Below the pieces are notes generated by a model. It was not told the origin of the DNA and searched no databases. It was given only the letters and a program-made list of their open reading frames with translations. The position numbers were made by a program, and so were the translations under genes. A stretch of 64,000 nucleotides of DNA from the human T2T-CHM13v2.0 reference genome, Homo sapiens: assembly GCF_009914755.1 (NCBI RefSeq), contig NC_060930.1. One strand, written 5' to 3'. Shown in pieces: positions 17,093-30,206 of the stretch. Positions within the stretch are counted from its first letter, which is position 1, and each line of letters begins with the position of its first letter.

Positions 17093-18403
17093 ATGCCATG
17101 GTAAACTATGTTATTGGCCTCGATTCTTTACTTTTTCCATTCTTTGCCTTGAAGCTTTGCAGTTCTCCTCACAAAAGTAGCAGATTATGTTTCTGAGTAG
17201 GAAAATCTCTTTTTATACTCTCATAACACTCTCAATACATCATTTCTGACACCAGATGTGTGGATTTTTTTCTACACAGACCAATTTTTGATACCAGCAG
17301 AGTGTTCTTTAATTTAATTAAATGTTGACACTGTCTACCTGGAGACAGCATTAGATCCACAGGTTAGGTCCCACTAGAAAGGCCCCTTGTCTGACGTCAA
17401 TCGTTAAGTCCAGGTTGTCACTTCTGAGTAACCCACTGTAGAGATTCCCATTGTCCCTTCCTCGGGTTAGGTCATTTGCTAGAAGAGCTCACAGAACTCA
17501 AGAAAACAGTTTACTTGGTAGATTAGAATTTATTGTAGAAGGATGCAACTCTAGAATAGCCAGACGGAAGAGATGGATAGGGCAAAGTCAATGGGAAGGG
17601 GCACAGCTTCCACAGCCTCTCCAGGCTTGCCACCCTGTTGTACCTCAATGTGTTCACCAGCCTGAAAGCTCTCTAAACCGCATTCTTTTAGGTTTTTATG
17701 GAGGCTTCATTACATAGGTATAATTGATTAAGCCATCAGCCATTGATGATCAAGTGAATCTCTAGTCCTTTTTCCCTCCCTGGAGGAAGGTGTAGGAGGG
17801 TGAGGCTGAGATTTCTAGCCCTCTAATCACCTGGATGGTTCCCCTAGCAACCAGTCCCCACCCTTAGGGACTTTCCAAAAGTCACTTCATTAACATAAAC
17901 TCAGGTGTGGTTGAAGGGGCTTGCTATGAATAACAAAAAATGGTCCTTTCACCTTTATCACTTGGAAAATTCCAAGGGTTTTAGAAGCCTGTGCCAGGAA
18001 CTGGGATGAAGACTAAGTATATGCCTCTTATTATAAATTACCATATCACAATTTCCCAATCCCTCGCTTCTGGGTTTGACTTTGAGACTTGCTTTAGCTA
18101 ATAGAATTGGCTGGAAGAGACAGTGTGCCAGTTCTGGGTATAGTCCTCAATAGACCTTACATGTTTCTGCTTTCTTTCTCCTGCATCTGCCAGAGCTGTG
18201 GCAAAGAAGTGACCAGGCTAGGCAGCTTGTGGAAAGAGAGGATGAGAGACAATGTGAAGTAGAGTTATCCCAGATGATCTGCCCCAGCCGAAACCAGCCA
18301 GAAGAGCGCTGACTCCCCTCTGCCCCACAGACACATAAATTAGAATAACTAGTAAACTGAATCTACTGAGTTTTGGATAGCAGCAATTGCTAACCCACAT
18401 AGA
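17093..18403. mobile_element. MLT1-like LTR containing a nested MER21-like LTR (17194-18050, -)
   Basis: Inner element TG...TTATAAATTACCATATCACA flanked by GTTTC/ATTTC; outer GACTTGCTTTAGCTAATAGAAT..GTGTGCCAGTTCTG motifs. Confidence 0.65.
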
Positions 18404-18680
18404 TATTTAATAGTTAACAATGTATTATTCTTGTAATTTTGATCACTTGCTTACTATTAATACTAAAAATAAGAAGAACATCCGTAAGACATATTTTAAT
18501 ACATGTCTTAGAGCATTATGGCCACAGACAACTAAAAAATTATTTTAGGTACCTATTTTTGTTGAAGAGAAGTATTAATGGGTGGTCACATTTGGGTAAA
18601 ACAAAAATGTAATTCATTTGAATGAAAATGCAATAAGCATGTGAATACAAGAAATGAAAAAGAATGAAAAAAAAAGATGA

Positions 18681-18982
18681 TTTTTTTTTTTTTTTTTGAG
18701 ACAGAGTCTTGCTTTGTTGCCCAGGCTGGAGTGCAGTGGTGCGATCTCGGCTCACTGAAATTTCCATCTCCTGTGTTTTTTAAGTGATTCTCCTGGCTCA
18801 GCCTCCTGAGTAGCTTGGATTACAGGCGCTCACCACCATGCCCAGCTAATTTTTTTATTTTTAGTAGAGACGGGGTTTTGCCATGTTGGCCAGGCTGGTC
18901 TTGAACTCCTGACCTCAAGTGATCTGCCTGCCTCAGTCTCCCAAAGTGCTGGGATTACAAGCATAGGCCAACATGCCTGGCC
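18681..18982 (-). mobile_element. AluS-like SINE
   Basis: Poly-T then full reverse Alu. Confidence 0.93.
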
Positions 18983-19730
18983 TAGATGGTGTATTTTTAA
19001 GATCAGTAATGGTGGGTATCAATTCGCTATGGTGCTTAGGTTTCAATCAGAGATGCAAAACCATTAGGGAGGTCTCTATCTATCCATCTATCTATCTATC
19101 TATCAATTGATTAGTTGGTTAATCAATGTATCTATTTTTGTAAAAGAAAGGATTTGTTGCAAAGATTTGATTTTATGCCATTTTGGGATCTGGTTAAAAA
19201 GTCTCTGTAAGGTGGTAGCTTCTGCATCTGATGCTGAAACTTCAAGTCCACAAGGCAGACAGTCTGGAAGGGGAACTAAATGTAAAGTCAGAGTTAGAAC
19301 AAGCTGGATCCCTTAAGCATGAGCTTAATCAAGAACAGACTGAGATCCACATTAGTTCTCACTGCCCCCAACCATAATGATGTGGAGATGCTGCAGGAGA
19401 GGCTGGTGCTCTTCATCAAAGAGCTATACACACATTCGTTCCAGGAATTAGAGAACCTGAAGGAAGATCCAGGGACAGGTAGAGCAGTTGCAGATCAGGC
19501 AGCTGATCCATGCCAACAAGGTGAGCAGGCAGAGAAGCAACAAAATATATGAGCTACAAAGTGGCCACCACTTCTATCCTGCAATTTCCCACAAGGTTCT
19601 CTTGTGTGGCCACCCTTACCAGAAGCATACGGTAAGGAGAATTCTAGAAAAAATAGTTTGGCCTAATCTCATGGACACATTAGAGTGATAATACTTTTAA
19701 AGAGTTTTTCACAGATCTATTTTAAAATGC

Positions 19731-20205
19731 TGATGGGGTTCACAACATGTTACCCCCAAAATATGGCACCTTGGCATTTGAGAAAATGGTGGAAGCCAGA
19801 AGGTCACTCTCCCCTTCCTCTTGCCCTTCTCTGAAGCAAGTCATAAAATCTAGAAAGGTCAATCTCTGACCTTTTTCCACCTTTCTACCCTGAAGCAGGT
19901 CATAGGACCTTCGTTCCAGAAGGGCCCTGCCCATGCCCAGAAGAAAGAACTTCCTTATCTCTGAAGGCACAGGGACACAGAGAAGAATCTGAGCAAACAA
20001 GTCTCACTAGGTTTTCCCCAGGTGTTAACCATTAGATTATACCTACTTTGTCTGATCATACTTCTCAACCTTCCACTTCATCATAGCTAGCATAAGAAAC
20101 ACACAGTTTTACCTGTTTTATTAAGCCTTCACTTCAGAAGGCCCTAGATCATAGAAAAGTATAAAATAAATGTATATGTAATCTGTCTTTGTTATAGGAG
20201 CCTTT
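19731..20205 (+). mobile_element. ERV1 LTR (MER31-like)
   Basis: TGATGGGGTTCACAACATGTTACCCCCAAAATATGGCACCTTGGCATTTGAG start and AATAAA near the 3' end. Confidence 0.65.
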
Positions 20206-21323
20206 TAATTAAAAAAAAAAAACCCTCAGGAGTTAAAACATCTTGAAAGGGACTGATAGAAAATCTTAAATATACTTTAATACAAAATGGCATAATACAT
20301 TGTCTGACATAGAGATTAAGAACTCAACTTCTAGATTTAGACAGCTACAGTTTAAATCTCATCTTTACTACTAGTTAGTCATAGGAATTTGGCAGTTTTC
20401 TGGGCTTCAGTTTCCTTACCCATAAAATTGTTACCTGACAAAAAGTGAGGACTACCTAACTGTAAATTATATTATTAAATAAATGAGGTGAACTCCGCGC
20501 AAGTGTGAACTAATTTCTTACCTTTTTAAATTCTAAGTGTCATTCTAAAACCCTGTATATCTCACATTCAAATTATAGTAGGCTCAATGTTTTCATTATT
20601 CTGTTTACTCAGTTAGAAGGAAATTGACATTTGCGTGCTATCAACTTGGAGTTCAGCAGCTTCCATATATGGATCTACCAAAAGTGTCCTTTTGAAAAAG
20701 TATCACAAAAGGATGTGACTTGGTATTGTTGAAGTCTTTTAAGAAGAGGGAGGTGATGACAGAGGTAAATACAATGAAGAAATTAGTGAGCTCCTTGGTG
20801 AGTGCTGAATGGGTAGAAAGATGCATACGTAGGGATGGGGAGCAAGTGTAGAGACGAGGTTAATAGATAAGTAAAGAGAAAAGGCTCAGATCTCAGGGCC
20901 ACATTAAGTCAGAGCTGGTATATTCTTGTACAATCCATTTGTGAGATCTCCAATGATGTCATTGTAATTAATTTATAAAGGATTAACTAACCGTCTGCCC
21001 AGGGAGAACAGATGTATTATAGTTAATCCATATTTTAGATATCATTTGATGATCTTTAGTCACTGTTACCATTTTTAAAGTGTTTCCAAACAAAAGTCAT
21101 TTGTACTTTCAAGAAATGACTCTTCCTACTGCTTACATTAAAAAATAAATGACATGCAAACTATATGTAAACTATAAATTCACAAAAATTCTGCTTGGAA
21201 ATAATTAATTGAGTTCACCAGAAGCCTAATATGCAACAGACATCACCAGTCCCTGGTGTTACCACACTGACACTGCATTTCCTTCTTATTTTTATATCTG
21301 TCTTTTTATTTGTTTATTTTGTA

Positions 21324-21783
21324 ACTTACACTTTCCTCCCACTCCTGATGTTAAACATGCAGCTTCGCCCAAGTGTGAACTTCAGAGAGTATTCCATCAG
21401 TTACTCTCCCTCTGTGGTCTGCACAATGCCCCAACAGACTGGTATGAATGTTGAAAGCCTTTTCCTTCTCCGGGCAGCAGCCTCAGGGGCTTCTTTTCTT
21501 TCCTGCTTTAGGGATGCTTTGTCAGCCTGTGAATGTTGCCTCTTTGGTTGGCTTTGTGGAGACAGCTTGTGCTCAGATGTGATTTAGTTGTAAGCTGATT
21601 GCTGCTCCATATGCGAAAAGAAAGAGAGAGTGACCAGTTCTGAGGCAGCCAGTCAGTGTGCCCCAGACCATTACGTCAGTATCGCATGATGGTGAACCGC
21701 GCAGTGCCAAACAATCTCTTCTTGGTGCCCTTTCTTTCTTTTTTCTTTTCTTTTTTTTTTTGGTCTTTCAAAGAAAGGTAAGA
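21324..21783. promoter_or_regulatory. Candidate promoter/first-exon region with divergent splice donors
   Basis: Non-repeat DNA with a local CpG cluster, TTACGTCA (CRE/PAR-bZIP-like) at 21671-21678, minus-strand donor GTAAGT at 21329-21324, plus-strand AAG|GTAAGA at 21778. Confidence 0.5.
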
Positions 21784-23147
21784 AAGCCTGGGAAAAGAGC
21801 AAGAGATACAAGATACACTTGCCTTTCCTTGAGAATTTCTAAATGCTATTTATTATCAAATACATTTTTCTTTTAAATTGAGATTCTGTAATGGAGGAGG
21901 GGAGTAAAGAAGGATAGAATCTTGAGGAAGAAATAATTTATAGTATATTGAAACTCGGGTGCGGTATATCAGTTTTATCTGTTTTGGTACTTTATTGATT
22001 TCCCCCTGCCCCCAACTTGCTCCTAGGTTTTTGTAGTGGTTATATTAATTTTTATCTAGAAATATGTATGTACATTAACAGAGCAGTGGCAGAAAATAAT
22101 ACTTCTTTCAGTTGGGAGGAAGGTTAATCAACATAATTAGAATGTTTCTTCTGTTATCTTAATGTTCTGGTTATTCTCCCTCAGACTTCATTGCTTAAAA
22201 GAGACTATATGCTTTAAAACCATAGTAGGCTAGTACCCATATGTCTCATCAATATCACATATTGTTCAGGGGAGGCTTATTTGAAAGTAATGTGGCACAT
22301 TGGTTTTACCAGTGTTGTTTCTGAGGACTGTACCATGGAGATTCCATATGCCTTGCGGAAGCAGTTTTAGTTGGTGTTGATAACCCATTTTCACAATAGG
22401 TTTCATGGCAATCAACAGTGTTTTGACCCTCAGTTTGAACATCTGATCAAGAAGGTTTTTAAAATAAGAGCCTCATTCTACTGAGGTCCACTAACTTCTC
22501 TGTAACATGTGAACCAAACCCTAAAAGCATTTCTTGCTGCTTATCTACAATAGAATTGCAGATTATTTGTTTGATCACATGGGGCTAACAATGGTACCCC
22601 TCCTGATACTACTTTTTTTTCACAAATTAAAGGAAAGAGGAATTTGTGTTAAAAATAAAGGAAGGAGGAATTTGTGTTAAAAATAATAAAGTATGTTTTC
22701 TTATTCTTCTGGGAAGAGAGATAACTTTCTGAGAAAATTTATTCTAGTTATGAAGCAGAGGCACCGAATCACACACTTCAAATCTTTGTCACTTTTAACA
22801 AAGCTGATTGATTATGTGAGTTTATGCCTGTCACCTTTCCTTTGGTAAAGGAAGCCTTAGCTTTGTCTTTAATGTCTGAAATGTTAACAAGAATATCTTT
22901 ATGTATTATTTAATAAATTTTTTATTTGATAAGTAAAGTAGCATTGTCACTGTAAAAAAATTAGAAAATGCAGAAAACATGAAGGAGAAAAATCATTCCA
23001 TTATTCTATTACATAAAGGGAACCTCTCTTATTATTAAGTGATTGATAGGCTGACAGGTTATTTGCTAAAAGGAAAGCATCCAACTATCCAAGTTAGTTC
23101 TGGCACTTTTCTTTTTTAGTACTTGTTGCAGCTGAAATGATCTAATC

Positions 23148-23370
23148 CAGGGGTGTTCAATCTTTTGGCTTCTCTGGGCCACCTTGGAAAAAGAAGAATT
23201 GTCTTGGGCCACACATCAAATACAGTAACACTAATGATAGCTGATAAGCTTAAAAAAATTGCAGAAGAGATCTCATAATGTTTTAACAAAGTTTATGAAT
23301 TTGTGTTCAGCCACATTCAAAGCCATCCTGGGCTGCATGCAGCCCATGGGCCATGGGTTGGACAAGCTTG
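23148..23370. mobile_element. MER30 hAT MITE
   Basis: CAGGGGTGTTCAATCTTTTGGCTTC ... GGTTGGACAAGCTTG with 8-bp TSD ATCTAATC/ATCTAGTC. Confidence 0.85.
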
Positions 23371-24983
23371 ATCTAGTCCTTTGTGAAATTTTTATTTTTA
23401 TTTTTGGCTATCTCTCCACAACAAATATATAAGCTCCATGAGGACAGGTGTTGTTTTCTATGTTGTTCACTGTCGTGTCCCCAATACTATTAAGAACAAT
23501 GTCTGACACTAGAAGCCATTCAGTATTTGTTAAATATTGCATTAATGAACAAGCATGAGTTACCTTTCAAGAGTCCTTGCCCAGTTGAACCTATCCTGTC
23601 TAAGCAATTTTTTCTCTTGATACTTAAATTAGCATTACAGAAAGAATCTTTCCCTAAGCTTTACATAATGTTGCAAAATCAGAAGCTAAGACTGTTGAAC
23701 ACTATGGGTTTGCACGGTTAGGGCAGGTTCCTTTATGTTTGTTATTAAATGATTGTTCTATTACTGGACTTCTTGGGTTGTTCAAGCTACTTTTCTTTGG
23801 TTTTCACTGAACGGAATGGCATGGATGGATGGCCATGCCTTCCTTCAATTCCTTCTGGCCTCACTGGCCTTTTGAACCTGCCAAACTCTTGTGCAGGACC
23901 TTCGCATGAGCTGTTCCCGTGCCTAGAAATCTCTTCTATGCTCTTCAGGGGACAGTTCTTTCAACTCTGTACTTGGCTGTCAGTTTCCCAGAGCAGACCC
24001 CTGACATTGTAGAGGTGTCTGTGTACACACACTTATCACTGTCTGATATGATATCACAATTGCTTAACTATTCATACATATGACATTTGTATCTATTACC
24101 TCTGTTCCCCCATCTTGCACTAGAATGTTTTCATGAGAGCATGAAATGTTTTTTGTTTACTGCAGTATCCTATAGACAGACTAAAGTAGCCAAAGCTTTA
24201 TCCAAGAAACCTTACATTTACATGATATGTGCTAAGTACTAGGAATTTTAAGATGACTATGAGACTATCCCGGAGCCTCTGCTATGAACAGGCATTGTGA
24301 GCATTGCCAAGGATACAACCTTGAAGGAAGTGAGGTGAGGCAGGGTGATGCAGATAGATAATTAGAAAAATACAAATCTATCTAGGTGGTGCAGATAGAT
24401 AATTAGAAAAATACAAATCGTTAAATAATTACAGTTTTGATAAGTGCTGCAAAGGAAGTCCCAGGTACTAGAATATAGCTGGGATCTGGCTTGCATGACT
24501 TTGTTACAGTAGGTGGCTAGTCAGGCATGAATGGGGCAAGAGAGGGCTCCCCCATCACCCCATCAGAAAAGTCGGGTGACCATCAGGTGATGGTCAGACA
24601 GTTGTCACACTGCCTCTAAAATAATAATTGGTCGCAGCCAGTGCCAGGGAAAGGCAGTTTCCCTATAGACAGGAAAAAACTGAAACTGGTGATCAGCAGC
24701 TTCCTGATGAGATCTTAGGAGCTGGGCAAGTGGGCTCACACATGTGCACTAAGAGGCAAAACGGTGGAATTTAACTGGTATATGACCTTCCGCGCCCATT
24801 CCACGGCAAAAGGGAAGAATGCCTCAGGTGAGCATGCGTACAACTCCAGTAAACACACCGTGCATGCTCCCCTCCCAAGCACTAGCAGGCCACTGTGTAT
24901 GTGGACAACCCACACCAAGAGAAGAATCAGGGGAGAAGGAACGCAAGACCCAGAATCACGCCAACATATAAAACCCCAAGTCG

Positions 24984-25305
24984 GGCCGGGTGCAGTGGCT
25001 CACGCCTGTAATCCAGGCACTTTGGCAGGCCGAGGCGGATGGATCACGAGGTTAGGAGTTCAAGACCTGCCTGGCCAACATGATGAAACCTTGTCTCTAC
25101 TAAAAATACAAAAATTAGCCAGGCGTGGTGGCGGGCACCTGTAATCTCAGTTACTCAGGAGGCTGAGACAGATAATTGCTTGAACCCGGGAGGCGGAGGT
25201 TGCAGTGAGCCCAGATCGCACCACTGCACTCAAGCCTGGGTGACAGAGCAAGACTCTGTCACCAAAACAAAAACAAAAAACAAACAAAACAAAAACAAAA
25301 AAACA
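24984..25305 (+). mobile_element. AluS-like SINE
   Basis: Full Alu, (CAAAA)n tail, flanks AAAACCCCAAGTC/AAAACCCAAGTC. Confidence 0.92.
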
Positions 25306-25419
25306 AAACCCAAGTCAAAAGGTCAAACCCTGCACTTGTCCTTCAAAGTCGCTTGCTTGGGCCTCTTCCAAATGTACTTTTTTTTTCTTTTGTTCCTGCT
25401 CCAAAGCTTTTTTTTTTCT

Positions 25420-25451
25420 TTCCTTTTCTTTCTTCCTTTCTTTCTTTTTTC

Positions 25452-25483
<32 letters not shown>

Positions 25484-25722
25484 AAGACAGGGTCTCACTT
25501 TGTCACCCAGGCTGGAGTGTAATAGCGTGATCTTGGCTCACTGCACCATCCACCTCCCAGGCTCAAGCAATCCTCCCACCTCAGCCTCCTAAGTAGTTTT
25601 TTAAAAAATTTTTTTGTAGAGATGAGGTTTCACTATGTTGCCCAGGCTGAGCTCAGATGATCCACCTGCCTCAGCCTCCCAAAGTGCTGAGATTACAGGC
25701 ATAAGCCACTGAGCCGTGCCCC
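25420..25722 (-). mobile_element. AluJ-like SINE
   Basis: GGCTCAAGCAATCCTCCCACCTCAGCC, CACTATGTTGCCCAGGCTG, T-rich tail. Confidence 0.88.
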
Positions 25723-27223
25723 TGCTCTCAAATTTTTAAGTCAACTTTCACTCATGCTCTAAAACTTGCCTCAATCTGTTCTTCTGCATTATGCCCCTCA
25801 GTCGAATTTTTTCTTCTTTGAAGACAATAATTGAGGTGGCTGCAGACCCGTATGGACTCACTGCTTGTAACTCAGATACTCACCACTGCTAACAGTTTGA
25901 TTCATTCCAGGTACCCTATCTAATATTGCTCAGAACATTAGACAGAAAGACAGAGGAGTTTACTTAGTGCTCTTCAGATGCACGGTGTGGATGCTTTCTT
26001 TCTCCATTTCTCTAGCAGCCCTGTACATTTCCAACCAGAGACACCCACACATACCTATAGAGTTAGGACAAAGACACAAGGCTCCTAGGTTGGTTTTTAC
26101 TTTAAGTAAAATTCTGTGAAACAGGGATGTGAATTAAATATTCTGAAATAAGTCAAATATTTGGATTAAGAATTGCCCTAAAATAGAAATCACCAACCCC
26201 ATACCAGAGATGGATTTAATTAAAGTCACTTAAATACCTGATCCTGATAAAATCATTATGATTTTCGCTGGTTGCGGGCTTCATATGCAATGGTAAAATG
26301 CAATTTGGGGAGTATTTATTTTGAGATGCCATGTTAAGTCAATGCCCAAACTAATCTCCACAAGCCCTTTGATGACACTTTAATTCAAGCCAACAAAATG
26401 GTGTGTGAATTTTATTAGGGGCAATACAATATACAAATAAATTAGTTTAAACTATAATTTTTCTCTGTCATACAAATACTTTATTGACCAGAGAGCAACT
26501 CTTTACTGCCATCCCCTGATCTGTTGTGGAAATACTGCTTCTACTGGAGAAAACTAAATTATTCTATGATAGTACTAAGAAAAGAAAATTTAGTCTTTTA
26601 ATCCCATGGATAAAGTTAAATGGCTTCTTTTCTAGGATGCAATATTGCCTGGATTTCAAATTGCTGTACATTAGCTTCTCCCCAAAAGTAATAAGAAACT
26701 ATAGCATTTAGTTGATGCTATCTTAGAGCCCCGGGATCTCTTAAGTGGTGCTAACTTTTCTTCTCTTTCCGGAAATATTACTCATTCTCATTAAAAAAAT
26801 AGATGTGGGAATAACTAAATTGAGTCAAGCTCACTCACTGATATAGCTTTACTTCACACAAAAGGGCCTTTCTATTGAACCTGTGGGTATTTAACTGAAT
26901 TCCAGTAGCTCAAATACAATTTTATGAGAAATTCGTTGCCCCTTTCTTCCAGCCTGAATATGAAATTAAAATAGGCAGGAGAAGTTGAGAGGGTGTCCTG
27001 TTTAAGCAGGGTGGTTAGACCATTTACATTCAAGTTTAATATTGATACATGAGGTTTCGATCCTATCACGATATTGTTAGCTGTTTGCTTTGTAGTTTCT
27101 GCTGTGTTTTTGCTTTCTGGGGTCTGGGGGCTTTGTACTTCAGTGTGATTTCTGTTTGTTTTAGAATCATGGAATGTTAGAACCAGAAGTAAATGAGAGT
27201 CAACAAATCAGGTGCTAGCCCTT

Positions 27224-27609
27224 TGTGATAGTTAATACTGAGTGTCAACTTGATTGGATTGGAGAATACAAAATATTGATTCCAGGTGTGTCTGTGAGGG
27301 TGTTGCCCAAGGAGATTGACATTTGAGTCAGTGAGCTGGGAAAGGCAGGCCCACCCTTAATCTGGGTGGGCACAATCTAATCAGCTGTCAGCATGGCTAG
27401 AATATAAGCAGACAGAAAAATGTGAAAAGAGACTAGCTTAGCCTTCCCAGCGTGTATCTTTCTCCCCTGCTGGATGCTTCCTGTCCCCGAACATTGGACT
27501 CCAAATTCTTCAGTTTTGGAACTCTGACTGGCTCTCCTTCCTCCTCAGCTTGCAGACAGCCCATTGTGGGACCTTGTGAACGTGTGAGTTAATATTTAAT
27601 AAACTCCCC

Positions 27610-27678
<69 letters not shown>

Positions 27679-27710
27679 ATTAGTTCTGTCCCTCTAGAGA
27701 AACTAATACG
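27224..27710 (+). mobile_element. MLT2A (HERV-L) solo LTR with (TA)n expansion at ~27614-27677
   Basis: TGTGATAGTTAATACTGAGTGTCAACTTGATTGGATTG start, CTAATACG end, 5-bp TSD CCCTT at 27219-27223 and 27711-27715. Confidence 0.9.
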
Positions 27711-29134
27711 CCCTTGCTGAAACCAAGGTCCAGAGAGTGAAGTGATGTTCAAGGTCACATAGCAAAACAGAGGTTGATTCTGCTACCCCTGATATCCTCT
27801 TCCACATAGGCTCTTCATGGTCTGAGTTTGGAAAACTCATCTTGTCTGTGTGCACCTGGGTTGTGATAGCTTCCCCAGCTTTCATCAAACCCTTAATTCT
27901 GTTGTGCTGCCCCCTGGTGACAAGGATTATCTACTACAGCTACAGAATTTGGCCCAAGCATGCTCCTCCCTCTGTATTCATTCAGTTGACAAATATTTAT
28001 TGAGATCTACACTATGCCAGTCACCTTCTAGACACTGGAGCTTCAGTAGTAAAAAAGCAACGCACTATCTCTGTCAAACACATTAAATAACACACAAGGC
28101 TATGGAGATGATATATCAGAGAAGGGACAGGCATAGTGGCTGGAGAATTGCAAGTTTAAATCATGTGTTCCTAGGTTGACCTCTCTGGAAATAAGACGTT
28201 TGAGACAAGATTTGAAGGAAGTGAGGGCATAAGCCGTGCTGGGGCCAGGGGAAGCATGGCCTGGGCAGCAGAAATGTGAAGATGCCAAGGATCAAGAGGG
28301 CATCTGCTGGTTCTGAGGAACGGTAAAGAGGCCATTGTGCTCTGAGCTGAGTGAGATGCAGAGAATAGAGACAAGCACAGTGCCATGCAAAGGCAGAGAA
28401 GGGAAGGACCAGTGGGGCCTGCAGGCTGGAGCAAGAGTTTGGTTTTTCTCTGGATATGGGGACTGTTGGTGCCGTGACTCGGATCGGGGGACCTCCCTTG
28501 GGAGATCAATCCCCTGTCCTCCTGTTCTTTGCTCCGTGAGAAAGATCCACCTACGACCTCAGGTCCTCAGACCGACCAGCCCAAGGAACATCTCACCAAT
28601 TTTAAATCGGGTAAGTGGCCTCTTCTTACTCTTCTCCAACCTCTCTCACTGTCCCTCAACCACTTTCTCCTTTCCACTCTTCAATCTCTCCCTTCTCTTA
28701 ATTTCAATTCCTTTCATTTTCTGGGAGAGACAAAGGAGACACGTTTTATCAGTGGACCCAAAACTCTGGCACTGGTCACGGACTGGGAAGGCAGCCTTCC
28801 CTTGGTGTTTAATCATTGCAGGGACGCCTCTGATTATACACCCACGTTTCAAGGGTGTCAGACCACGCAGGGACGCCTGCCTTGGTCCTTCACCCTTAGC
28901 AGCAAGTCCCGCTTTTCTGGGGAAGGGGCAAGTACCTCAACCCCTTCTCTCCTTGTCTCTACCCCTTCTCTGCTTTTCCAGGGACAGGGCAAGTACCCCA
29001 ACCCCTTCTCTCCTTGTCTCTACCCCTTCTCTGTTTTTCTGGGAGAGGGGCAAGTACCCCTCAACCCCTTCTCCTTCACTCTTAGCGGCAAGTCCCGCTT
29101 TTCTAGAGGAGGGGCAAGTACCCCAACCTCATAC

Positions 29135-29280
29135 CTCTGTGCCCCAATCCCTTATTTCTGCACCCCAACCTCTTATCTGTGTGCCCCAATCCCTTATTTC
29201 TGTGCCCCAACCCCTTATTTCTGCACCCCATCCCTTATTTCCGTGCCCCGACCTCTTATCTCTGCGCCCCAACCCATTTT
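29135..29280 (+). repeat. HERV-H leader tandem repeat of ~21-nt units
   Basis: Repeated CCCCAA(T/C)CCCTTATTTCTG(T)GC-like units. Confidence 0.85.
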
Positions 29281-30206
29281 CCCACTTTTCTGGAAGGTAA
29301 GAACCCCCGAACCCCTTCTCTCCATTTCTCTACTCTCTCTTTATGGGCAACCTTCTACCCTCCATTCCTCCTCCTACTCCCTTGGCCTGTGTTCTCAAAA
29401 ACTTAAAACCTCTTTAACACCTGACCTAAAACCTAAATGCCTTATTTTCTTCTGCAATGCCGCTTGACCCCAATACAAACTTGACAGTAGTTCCAAATAG
29501 CCAGAAAATGGCACTTTGAATTTTTCCATCCTGCAATATCTAAATAATTCTTGTCTTAAAATAGGCAAACAGTCTGAGGTGCCTGACGTCCAGGCATTCT
29601 TTTACACATCAGTCCCTTCCTAGTCTCTGTGCCCAGTGCAACTCGTCCCAAATCTTCCTTCTTTCCCTCCCACCTGTCCCCTCAGTTCCAACCCCAAGCG
29701 TCACTGAGTCTTTCTAATCTTCCTTTTCTACAGACCCATCTGACCTCTCCCTTCCTCCCCAGGCTGCTCCTCGCCAGGCCGAGCTAGGTCCCAATTCTTC
29801 CTCAGCCTCCGCTCCTCCACCCTATAATCCTTTATCACCTCCCCTCCTCACACCTGGTCCGGCTTAGTTTCGTTCCGTGACTAGCCCTCCCCCTCCCGCC
29901 CAGCAATTTACTCTTAAAAAGGTGGCTGGAGCTAAAGGCATAGTCAAGGTTAATGCTCCTTTTTCTTTATCCCAAATCAGATAGCGTTTAGGCTCTTTTT
30001 CATCAAATATAAAAATCCAGCCCAGTTCATGGCTCGTTTGGCAGCAACCCTGAGACACTTTACAGCCCTAGACCCTAAAAGGTCAAAAGGCTGTCTTATT
30101 CTCAAAATACATTTTATTACCCAATCTGCTCCTGACATTAAAACTCCAAAAATTAAATTCCAGCCCTCAAACCCCACAACAGGATTTAATTAACCTCGCC
30201 TTCAAG

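Larger units (their letters stand above)
24502..25894 (+). mobile_element. ERV1 solo LTR (MER50-like) carrying two Alu insertions
   Basis: TGTTACAGTAGGTGGCTAGTCAGGCATGA start, GCTAACA end, TATAAAA just before the first Alu. Confidence 0.7.

Noticed and set aside
19033-19690. Possible ancient ERVL-type LTR with short ORFs
   Set aside because: Too degenerate to assign a family or boundaries; ORFs show no coding signal.
21231-21876. Plus-strand 118-aa and 72-aa ORFs and naming a host gene
   Set aside because: No recognisable homology; the host gene cannot be assigned from sequence alone.
22628-22688. 28-bp tandem duplication (similar small ones near 42020 and 47340)
   Set aside because: Ordinary slippage duplications.
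28467-28484. tRNA-His complementary sequence
   Set aside because: Retroviral primer-binding site, not a tRNA gene.
28335-29467. 321-aa and 312-aa ORFs across the L2/HERV-H junction and leader
   Set aside because: Non-ATG starts and low-complexity C/T-rich leader repeats; no recognisable protein domain.
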